The translations under genes and the position numbers were made by a program. Under the pieces are notes generated by a model. That model worked only from the letters and a program-made list of their open reading frames with translations, was not told where the DNA came from and did no database searches. Below, piece by piece: positions 12,901 to 23,929 of a stretch of 64,000 bases of DNA (position 1 is the stretch's first letter; each line of letters starts with the position of its first letter). Origin of the DNA: Dipteris shenzhenensis (taxonomy: Eukaryota). The stretch lies in the NCBI GenBank assembly GCA_047967505.1, contig CM106538.1; one strand, 5' to 3'.

Positions 12901-14987
12901 GTAATGTTGCACAGAATTCAGAGCAGCAATCACAAAATATTAGTGGACTTGTAGTGTCCTCTAGCAATGGTTCACATACTTTGTCATGGACAGGCAGATT
13001 GAGAACAGGAGGATCTCCTCAAAGCAATGCAGATAGTGGTATGCAAGTATCACGAAAAAGAAAAGAGAAAGTAGATCAGCCTATGGTTGATGTGAATGCA
13101 GGTCACTCTTATATGGATGGTGAATCCAGTGGCTCAGAACAGAGCCTTGATGATGAGTTTGGTATTCCTTCTGTTGTTACACCTGGAGTAAGGAAGACAA
13201 GGGATGTTTTGAGAGCACCTGGTAGTGAGCCTATTTTGCACAGGTCCACCAGAGCTAGGTATTCTGTGTATAGGCTGAAATATAATGGATTTACAGCCAT
13301 TCACTATGCCTATATGGTCAAAGTGATACATGAACCAGAACCCACTTCTTTTGAGCAAGCCATGCAAAAAGAAAAATGGGAGAAAGCCATGGATGCCTTG
13401 GAAGCAAATGCTACATGGGAATTGGTGCCTTTGCCTAAGTACAAGAATGCAATTGGCTGCAAGTGGGTTTATAAGGTGAAGCACAATGCAGATGGTTATG
13501 TTCATCCTGAGTTTGTTTGCAGGTTGAAGAAAGCCTTGTATGGCTTGAAGCAAGCACCCAGAGCATGGTCTAACAAGATAGGACAGTATCTTGTCACTAT
13601 TGGCTTTTAGATTTTCAAGGCAGATTTCTCACTTTATGTGAGAAAAACAAAGAAAGGCATTATGCTGCTTGTCATTTATGTTGATGATTTGATCATCACA
13701 GGTAATAGTGAGGAAGATATCCTTCATGTGAAAATGCTATTGAAGCAAAAGTTTGAGACGAAGGATTTGGGAGAGCTGTGTTACTTCTTGGGCATTGAGG
13801 TGATTAGATCCACAAGTGGGATATGGCTCTTGTAGAGGCAGTATGGATTGGACATGCTGTCCAAATATGGGATGACAGGCTGTAAGCCTATTTCATTTCC
13901 TTTGGAACAGAATGTGAAGCTGAGCGCAGATGCAGGTGAGCTTCTGGAAGACCCTGCTATGTACAAACGCATCGTAGGAAGTTTGATTTATGACTATTAC
14001 TAGGCCAGATTTGAGCTATGCTGTTGGGTTAGTAAGTCAATTTATGTAGGCTCCAAGGAAACTGCATTTGGATGTGGCTAGACGCATACTGAGGTATGTG
14101 AAGTCCACATTACAGTATGGACTATTTTATGAGACTGGGGTTCACATACAATTGCATGGATACACTAATGCTGATTGGGCTGGTAGTATTTCTGATAGAC
14201 GATCTACTAGTGGATATGTGTTCTCTTTTAGGAGTGCTGCAATCACTTGGAGCAGCAAGAAATAGCCTACAATTGCCTTGTCGAGCACAGAGGCTGAGTA
14301 CAGGGGTGCAGCAATGGCTGCATGTGAGGTATCTTGGTTGCATAAGGTACTTTATGATATGCATCAGTCTATAGATGGACCAGTTGTCATTTATTGTGCA
14401 ACATGAGTAGTATACACTTGGCAAATAACCCAGTCTATCATGCTAGAACAAAGCACATTGAGGTGCATTATCACTATGTGTGAGAGAAGGTTCTAGAAGG
14501 TTTTATTGATCTAGTTTATGTCAGCACAAAGGATCAGGTAGCTGACATATTCACGAAGGCATTGGGTGCAGAGAAGTTGCGCAAGTTTAGAGACCTGCTT
14601 GGTGTGCAAGAATTGGGATTCAGCTCGAGGGGGATTGTTGAGATATGGAGCTCCACTCGTGATATGCAGGGTGACGGTTGTGCATTTATGTCACCGACTT
14701 GTTAGCTGCAGATGCGGTTGGTACACCGCCCATGAATAATAGCTAGATGACAGCTATCTTTATGTACTCTAGTTAGTGGCTCAGTTAGTATGCCACCTTA
14801 GTTAGCTGAGTTTGGTTTGAGACCCACATATAGGGTTCACCTATTCTTTTGTACTTAGAGTTCTTTTGGCTTTCATAACTAAGAAAAGGAAAATTGTTTT
14901 CAGCCTTCACCTTTGTGTATATTCCCCCATTGTGTATGTGAGAAAGCTGCAAGTGAGACTCCTTCCTTCTCTCCCACTCTCTTCACA
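9944..14987 (+). mobile_element. Full-length but defective Ty1/copia LTR retrotransposon
   Basis: LTRs 9944-10296 and 14636-14987 (TG..CA, about 95% identical by hand count); TSD CTTCA at 9939-9943 and 14988-14992; PBS TGGTATCAGAGC at 10297; PPT GAGGGGGA just before 14636. Confidence 0.97.
10619..14630 (+). pseudogene. copia gag-pol pseudogene (gag, Zn knuckle, protease, integrase, RT, RNase H)
   Basis: CYYCGKMGHMVKDC, WYVDSGASNHM, WHKRIGH, IHSDVW, LYGLKQAPRAW, YVDD, ADWAG..DRRSTSG; many stops, frameshifts and deletions. Confidence 0.95.
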
Positions 14988-16164
14988 CTTCATTGTCCAT
15001 CTATCTGTTTCCTAATTCACATGAGGCCTTCCCATCGTGGTTCATCACGTAGCACTACTATTCATGTGGATTTAGGTAAGCAAATGCATGCTAGGAAGAA
15101 ATCTTTATATTTGTGAAAGAGAAATGTGTCTTGTTAAAATGCAGCATACATTAATGATAGCATTAACATTGGACATCTTCAAAGCATTGCATCACCACAG
15201 CTTCAAGACATGGATTGCAACATGATGGACTCAAGGACATTGGAATCATATAAGGATGAGATTGCAAAGGATGTGGGCATGGCCATGAAGTTTCCCAGGG
15301 GGGACACTAAGAAATATGTAAGATAGCACATACAATCAACAAAAGAGGCTTAGTTTTCTTATGAGATTATAGAAAATATATATAATTCGGGGGTATAAGG
15401 GGTATAATAATACAGTAGAAATACCCCTTGACTGATCACACGTGTTATATGGGGTTTTTATAGAGTGACTCCTTGGGTGAAGTTTACATTTGCCTCCAAA
15501 ATCGCCAAGGTTGTCTCTGTTTATGCCTCTACGCATTTTTGCTTCTTGTTTTCATAATATAACGATGCGTAGAAAAAAAACTATGTGGTCATACAAGTGT
15601 GTAGATGAAAATGCTCTTGAAGATTTGCTTGGGATGCACAAAAGGATAATGTTTCAATGTCATACATGTAAGGACAATGTGGTTGTGAGGTACTACATAT
15701 CACATCAAATGTTCTATTTAGCTTTCCAATACAAGCATTTGAAGAAAACAAGTGACCATCGGCTTTCCCTTGACTCTGACAACGATGAAACATACGTGTA
15801 AGTTTATCTTTTGATGTTGATCAAGGAGATGCCAAGAATGTGGTCGTTACATCACAATGGAGCCTAAGGGATGTGCAAGAACACCTATTGGTCATGGAGG
15901 ATGGCTCCTTAAACCTTACCTTAAATGATGAAAAGGTAGGCAAGCATGTAGAGAAATGCATGCATAGTGCCAATTCGTCCCTCTTGCAACATCGAAGGTA
16001 GTAAAAAATGTGTTTGACTATCAAGATTTTGGAACTTCTCATTTGCAAGTTTTTGCTTCAAGTATTGGAGGACATAGAAAATGTGTAAGTTATTTTGCTA
16101 ATTTTATCATGTGGTTTCATGCCTAAATGTTTTAAATATTATTTGGGATTCGTTTTGTATTTTA

Positions 16165-16350
16165 TATTTGGTATATATAGAGGTTTCACTTTCAATATAT
16201 TTGGTATATATAGAGGTTTCACTTTCAATATATTTGGTATATATAGAGGTTTCACTTTCATTTCTATATATATTTGGTTATATAGAGGTTTCACTTTCAT
16301 ACCAAAATATATTTCTATATATATTGGGTATATATAGAGGTTTCACTTTC
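16165..16350. repeat. About 33-bp tandem repeat, about 5 copies
   Basis: Unit TATTTGGTATATATAGAGGTTTCACTTTCA repeated with variable spacers. Confidence 0.9.
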
Positions 16351-18614
16351 ATTTTTCACTTTCAATCTTAGAGAGCCATAGTTTTCCTACTCTCAACACT
16401 TCCTCACTCCCTCAATTGGTGCTTGATTGTATCTTCCATGGATTCAGCAAGAGTTGCATTTCATGAGTTCATCTTTCGAACTCCATTCGTAGATAGGATT
16501 TTTTAGGCGTTTGACAAGACCTTAGATATCCTAGGCACATATATGAGAGCCAAGCATGCCTCCAAAGATCTCATCAAGTAATGCAAGACAACATTAGTGA
16601 TTTTACATCTGAACTTGATGAGTATGTGAAAAGATGGGTTCAAGTAGATTGCATTATATAAATTTACTTGAAGGAACCCAAGTTTGTAAAGCGCTTGGGT
16701 CGTTTTTGTGCTAGTCTTACAAAGGGTGGGTTTAGGGCTATACACACTAATGTCCTTCTACATAGGACTCTAAGTTGTACATGGAGGAGACTATTGACCA
16801 GGTTAGTGAGGAGAGGAAAGAAACTAAAGCATTGGACCTACTCCAATGTCTTTCCATGAATCTCCTTGCCAGTACAGAGCATGCATCTACATCAGAGACT
16901 ACTTTTAACAATGACCTAGATGTAGACACGTGGTCCTTGTCCCCTCTCACATTAGTGAATGGAAATGAATACCTTATCCTCCATGATATCAAAATGCTTT
17001 TTGGATTGTGGGAGGATGGGGCATTAGGAGTCTATGTGGGTTCAATGTCGACACAAGTGTCCAAGATCTCAGATCAAGATCTCGGATCAGCAGACACCCA
17101 AACGATGGAAGATTTCCTGTAATGACATTGCCACTACATTGAAAGATATAGATAATTCCTATATGACTTGCTTCTCTAACATAGAAGCATCGACCTCTCA
17201 ACCAAAATAGGATTAATTTATAGATCCATTAACATTAGAAACGAGGAAGAAATAGAAGTTGGCAATGCTATAACAACAACAAGCAATGATGGCTTTGAAT
17301 TGAATTGTTTTTAAAAATCTTTTGTGTAATGTGCGTTGTTGGTCTTCTAACTTAATGCTTGTTGAATTGTTGTAGGAGGCATTCAAGGTCGATGAGCTTT
17401 CATCTCACTGCGCCAATGTTCACCGCACATTGGATGAGATCACTCTTTGCCCCATTACGTCAGTCGAGCAGGAGGGCACATCATGGTCTTTCACATCAAA
17501 TTTTCACCACCGAGGGCTTGTGGAGATGTTGAAGTGCAAGGCATTGTCATGTGTTGTTGGGCATTCCAGCATCACTTGGAATGTATTTTGGTCCACCTCA
17601 TGGTTGTCGCGAATGCATTTGCCTTCAATATTCATGGTGTGGCATTGACGGCACTAGCTATGTCCTTGGTAGTAGGAGAGGATAGCCTTAGTGACCTACT
17701 CAGAGATTCTAAGATCCCTTTTTTGGATGTATTAGAATTCACTAAGAAGAGAGACACCATGAGGTCTCTTTGTAATTTTCCATTTGGATATTGTAAGTTC
17801 CAAATAAAAGTACAAATTCATATCTATTTTGTCATTTGTATGTTGTGACGTGCACCTGGTCTAAAACATTATTTGACATGCTTTGATTCTCTTGGATCCT
17901 TTCCATATGTGACCTTTTCTGACTTTTGGCTGCTTTTCTCGCCATATCTATCTTGTATTATTCTTCTATTGTTCCCTTTCATTCCCATCATGCTCTCCAT
18001 GCTCCTTAGGCTCTCTTGGAACATGCACAAGTTTCGATTCTTGTCATGGAGCTTCAGTTGAGGCCTTGTTTCTCTTTATAAGCTAACTATTCTAACAATA
18101 GATCATTTCTCATTCTTGATTTGCTTTCTTTATTTAAAAAAAGATACCACATGGTGCAATGCCATATGTCATGGTTGCAGGCAAACTAGATAGAGGGACA
18201 GTGAGATAGGAAAGTTGATATGCCCAATCATGGTACAAGGAAGATGTTGAAGGCCATGGAAACTAATGATACAATATCCAAACGGTAATAGAAGGCGCTT
18301 TTGCAATGTGAAGGGAGAGATAATGCCAAGGTAAAGCCTCCTCCTAGATTAGCTACCCTTGGAGGCAATAGATGCACCATTCAAGCAGTGCCATCAGAAC
18401 AAAGAAAATAAGTTGTGATCTAAACCTCAGGTCATTTGAGGGACTATCAGATTCATGTCTTCATAAACTTTACCTTGCACCCTTCAATACGTGTCTACTA
18501 TTCCAACACTGTAGGAGTTGCACCGCCTAGGGGACCATACTCTCTAACTTGAGAGATGACCTTGGCAATGTGAATAGGGTGCATAGCTTAAATCAAGATG
18601 GTTGCAAAGAGGGC

Positions 18615-19350
18615 AATGTTAGCAATTTTAGCACTCTCATCTACCAGTGCCAAATTCTAGTTAGCACGTGCAATGCCTATTATTGCATGTGCTTGTTAGC
18701 ACATGCAATAACAGGCATGTGCTAACAACAATTGCATGTGCTCACAAGAAATTCTTGTGCTTGTTAGCACATACACTTCTTGCTAGCACCTGCAATCCTT
18801 GTTAGCACTTGCAATGCTTATTAGCATTCTCATCTACCACTTCCATATGCTAGTTATTAGCAATTGCAGTGCTTGTTAGTGCCTATATTTCCTACTAGCA
18901 CCACTTGTGGTTGCTAGCACCTATAATGCTTGCTAGCACCTGCAATCCTTATTAGCTCAATTGCAATGCTTATTAGCACTCTCATCTACCACTACCAGAT
19001 GCTAGTTAGCACACGCAATGCTTGCTAGCACCTGCAATCCTTGTTAGCTTAATTGCAATGCTTACTAGCACTCTCATCTACCACTACCAGACGTTAGTTA
19101 GCACATGCAATGCCAGTTATTGCACTACTAATTGTGCTAATTAGCACTTGCTATCCCTGCTAGCACCTAGAATTCATGTTAGCATCTACAATGCTTGTTG
19201 CTACACCTACTAGCTATGTTAATTAACAATTGCACTACTTGTTAGCACTTGCACTACCTATTAGCACATGCACTACTTGCTAGCACTTGCAATGCTAGTT
19301 GGCACATGCAATTCTTGTTAGTCAGCTCCTTCGATTGGTTGTCAGCACCT
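18615..19350. repeat. Degenerate minisatellite of about 20-bp units (TGCAATGCTTG[T/C]TAGCAC) with higher-order CTCTCATCTACCAC blocks
   Basis: Dozens of TTAGCAC/CTAGCAC cores; CTCATCTACCA recurs near 18636, 18829, 18981 and 19072. Confidence 0.85.
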
Positions 19351-20419
19351 ACAATTGCAAACAAGTAACAACACATTTCTTTTGATGGCAGGTTGAACTC
19401 TTTCACCAATTTAAACAAAAAAATCTAGAGTGCAAGATTCTTGCGGTCATTTGAATATTTGACGCCTCACTACAAGGCACAGGCCCTTTTTTGACGGAAA
19501 TACTGACCTTTTATACACAAAAGTTTTTTTTTAACGGGCGCAAAGGTCGGTATTTACGTCGCTATTAGCATCAAAAAATAACGGTCGCTATAAATGTCGC
19601 TATATAGCGACAATTAATAGCAGCTTTAAAAAAACATTAGTGGGGCTAAACAGGGCCACAGCAAGCCCTGTTTTGCCCCACTAATGTCTTTTTTAGTAAT
19701 TACAAAAGAATGTTTTTTGTTACAAATTTTCCCTTGTGAAAAGGGTGATACAAAATCACTCAAACGAGCCAAGCAACAGAAGCATATACATGTCGAAAAT
19801 ATACAGCATTGTTTGTTACAAAATTACCCTTTCAAAAAGGGTGATACAAAATCACTCAAACAAGCCGACATACAGAAGCATATACATGGCAAAGTATATG
19901 CAAACTGCTACTAATAATGCTCATCCAAATCGTCATCCTCGTCCTCGTCCTTGTCGCAATGGCTTGATCCTTAGCCCTCGTGAGCTATGCCTAATCCTTG
20001 GCCCTCGTGAGCTATGCCTAATCCCTGGCCCTCATCGAAGCTGTGTAAGCCTATCCTCGTCACATCACTGCTCACCTCTGCTGATGGGACATTCAAGCTT
20101 TGATTCTAAGAGTAAAACCATATTAATTAAAAATTAGATTGGAACTTAAAGAATAAAACAGATTAAAAAGTGAGATTACAAGTAGGAGTAGACTTATACC
20201 ATGCGAGCAGCCACCTCAGCCCAATCGACATCACTCCCAGTGCCTCCTGCTCAATAAACCATGGCTTTGTTCCTATGCAAGACCCGTGTCTCGTCTCTGT
20301 GTCTGTGGGAAGGCGACCCATCACAGCTTGCTATGGGCCCAATTTACGAGAGTTAGATAAAGTGCATGCAATATGTAATAAAACAAATATAACAATACAT
20401 TAAATGAGAAGAAGTAGAC

Positions 20420-21480
20420 TTACCACAGTTGCCTCGAACACCAACCATCCTCCTGCACCAAAGTGTGAAGTACCTACGGAGTTTAGCCATCTCCTCGTAG
20501 CCATCCTCTGAGACTCGAACAGTTTGGGATGGTCCCTGTACTGCTTCTTGAAAAACTTCCAGTCAGCTTTGTCTACCCAGCTAGGTTTAGCCTTCCCCTT
20601 TGCAACAATGGAAGTACGCAAGGGACCTACAATGCTTCAAGAGGACCCCCATGTTCTCTTTCATGTAATCTGAATTGAACTCCCAATTTGGGGGGTTAGG
20701 ATATTGTTCTTTCAATTCATCGATGATTACTTGCTTCTTTTGGTCATATTGGTACTGCCAGTCAGCAGCTATGTCGCTCCTGAAGTGGTGGCTCATCAAC
20801 CGCCTCATGGTGGCCATCACTGCTGAGCTCTTTTTATTTTCTATTCTCTCTCTAGAAACCATGATTTCATAGGATAGGTCCTCGACCGGGTAAGGAGGAC
20901 TCATGGTAGTGACAGAGTCAGAGCGAGTGGTGTTACTGCGAGCGCTTACGGAGCGAGAAGCAACAATGGGAGTAGGAGAGGGCAAGGGACCTAACTGGTA
21001 CTAGGCCTCGAGACCAAGTGGAGACCTGTAGGGATGTGAGTGTGCTGACTCGTCTACATCTCCCGAGTCAGCACAACATAAGCGACCCTTCCTACTCTTC
21101 CTTCCCTTACGATGGGCACACCTAGGTGATGACCCCTCAGTCGAAGGGGCTAGAGGGGATGGCTGGACAATAGGTCTAGCTGTCGGTGTAGGAGAGGGAT
21201 TTGCTCAGGTCCTCTGGGATAGCAGAGAGAGGAATCTTGCTGCCTCCGCATCGGTCATCTATGCGACAAACTCATCGGGACTCCTTACAAAGCCATGGGC
21301 TGCTAGCAAAGGAGTTCCCCGAGGAGTAGTCACAGTGCTACGTTCGAGAGGAGTCGGGCCAGGGGTAGACCCCCGAGGTGTCACCTGAGTGGATTCAAAG
21401 TCATTTGGAGAGTAGAGATCATGATGTCTCCTCCTATGAGGGTTTTCGTACTCATCGGACGTGCGACGTGATCCCATGTC
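20420..21480 (-). pseudogene. CACTA TnpA/Ptta-like accessory gene remnant, divergent from the transposase
   Basis: WVDKADWKFFKKQY..ESQRMATRR..GTSHFGAGG resembles the W..W..S..N..R..H.G.G pattern of Ptta/En-Spm proteins; Pro/Ser-rich N-terminal part. Confidence 0.6.
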
Positions 21481-21872
21481 TAATTTGGGAGGATTAGACA
21501 AACGTAGACATAAACACGAAGACAAAAAACAAAAAACAAGAGTGGGTAAGAAGCAGATAGATAATTAATTACTTAAGACAATTATGAAATTCAAACTCAA
21601 GAAATTATGAAAAGGCAATTAATCCCTTGTGAAAATTATGAAATGACATCAACGCATAAAGGATAAATATAAAAGGACAAATATTTACTTAAGACAATTA
21701 TGAAAAGCCATTTTTGAAATGACAAATATTTATGAGAGACAAGTGGAATCCAATAAGATTTTCATATATATATATATAAAATAGAGACCAAAAGTATGTC
21801 TCCAAAATTATGTATATAAAAAATATATGTCTCCAAAAGTATGCTTAAGCAAAATTTGTCTCCAATATAGGT

Positions 21873-22319
21873 CTACTGCTCTACGTTACTGTCTAAGGTA
21901 CTTTCCTCCTCTGCACCGCTAGGTGGGTCACTGGGGACCTCATCCTCCACCTCTTCTAATATGCGGTCATGCTCTTCAGCGATTATGTACTCGCAATCCA
22001 CGAATGCCTCCACACAATCCATTATGTCCTTTACATAATCATATTTGAGGCTCCACTGGTCGTGGCAGTCTCTCCACAACCTATGGAGATCCTATAGGTT
22101 GTGTCGTGCATTCCTCACTCGCCCTTGCTCCACTATCCTTCGGCTTGGACCCCACCCAGAAACATGCACCCCCACATTGTACTTCACCCAGTCACTCTCT
22201 TGCCTAATCTTCTCTTTTACATGAGCTAGCAGAGAAGCTATGTCTATAATCCTTGCAATGTGGGGAACCGGGTTGGGGTTTAGGGAGGAAACCCGTGGGT
22301 GAGGGCATGGTTGTTCCAT
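21873..22319 (-). pseudogene. Unknown 148-codon ORF inside the CACTA element with one internal stop
   Basis: ORFs 22092-22319 and 21873-22079 share a frame, start at ATG and are separated by one TAG; acidic C-terminus. Confidence 0.5.
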
Positions 22320-22389
22320 TTAGAATCTGTTTGAAAAAAAAAGAACCAAATATGGCTAAGGAGCATGTGAAAAAAGAACCGAATACGAC

Positions 22390-23030
22390 TAAGAAGAGGA
22401 GAAAAGAAGAGAAGCATAAGCATAAGCATAAGCATAAGCATAAAAGAAGCATAAGAGAAAAGAGAAGCATAAGCATAAGAGAAGGAAAAACATTAGCATA
22501 AGAGAAGGAAGAGGCGGAAAGAGATTGAAAGAGGGGAAAGAGAAGAGGGGGAAAGAGCATAAGAGAAAAAGAAAGAAAGCATATGCTTATGCTTATGCAT
22601 GAGCATATGAGCATAAGAGAAAAAGAGAGAAAGCATATGCTTGTGCTTACGCATGAGCATATGAGCATATGCTCATACATAAGCATAGGCAAATACATAT
22701 GCTTATGAAAAGAGGAGAAAAAAAAATTGAAGGAGAGGGGAAAAGAAGAGAAAGAAAGGAGAAGGAGAAAGAGGGGAACAATATGAGAGGAAAAGAGCAT
22801 AAGCATAGGAGAAGGAAGAGGGAAAAAGAGCATAAGCATAAGAGAAGGAAGAGGGGAAAAGAGATTGAGAGAGAGGCATAGGCATATGCTTATGAAAAGA
22901 AGATAAGGAAGAGGGGAAAAGGGAAGAGAGGAAAGAAAAAGAAGAGGGGAAAAGAGCATAAGCATAAGAGAAGGAAAGAGGAAAAGAGGGGAAGAAGAGG
23001 GAATAAGAGAAGAGAGGGAAAGAGAGGGTT
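22390..23030. repeat. Purine-rich low-complexity tract with (GCATAA)n and GCATATGC motifs
   Basis: Directly visible. Confidence 0.9.
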
Positions 23031-23929
23031 CCTACACCCATCACTACAACTACCATTTAAGGCATTCGCTGCAGGCCAATGCAAATAACAGAAACAATAA
23101 AAGGGAAAAAGACAAAGCACTTTCTTACTGAAAAAGTCCCGCACGGTGTTTCGTGGACTGGCCGTACAAAAAAAGAGGAAACATATCATTTTTTCAGATA
23201 ACTAGTTAGAGGAAGGAGGAGTTTGGAGAAGCAACTTTTCAAAGGGATTGGATTGAGGAGACAAGCATAAGCCTACAAACAAGGAGAAAGCATAAGCCTA
23301 CAAACAAGGAGAAAGAAGAGAAATACCAAAAAGAGAAGAGGTGAGTCTTCTTTCTTTCACCAAATCTCATTTTTTATCCTTAACCTCTGAAAATCAAGCA
23401 TGAAAATTAGCACATAGGCTTAGCAATACAAGGAGAAGCATGCTTCAACACTCACAAAACAAAATCTCACAAAAAATGAACCTACGTTGCTTAAAGAGAC
23501 ACACCTTCTTGAAAAACTTCCTTTCACACAAGCAAAGAGGGAGAAGGGTGGAGAGGAAGTACAAGTGTTGGGAGAGGGGCTGGGTAGGGGTGAGGAGTGT
23601 GGGGAATAGAGAGGATGAAAACGAGGTCATCAAATATAAGGTAGGAGGAGAGATTTTTGCTTTTCCTGCAATAGAGATGTGAAAGACGACGTCGCGTGGG
23701 GTTTCGGGTTTTAGCCCCCTAGCGTTGCTATATAGCGACGTTGGTCAGTCGCTATATAGTGATGTTTTTATCCTAAAAGCATCACTATATAGCAATGGAA
23801 CATGGCAAAGCGTCACTATATAGCGACAGTTCAGGGCACTTATTGTTAGAAGAGAGGAAAGGAGCTCATGGGTGGCTATTTTTTGGATCTTAATAGATTT
23901 CCTTGCAGCTCATGTTGTGATTTTGGAGG

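Noticed and set aside
16165-16350. Repeat array that could be taken for CRISPR
   Set aside because: Spacers are absent or short AT-rich variants, the context is eukaryotic and there are no cas genes.
22204-23189. 253-aa and other hydrophobic ORFs resembling membrane proteins
   Set aside because: Translation artefacts of the purine-rich low-complexity tract.
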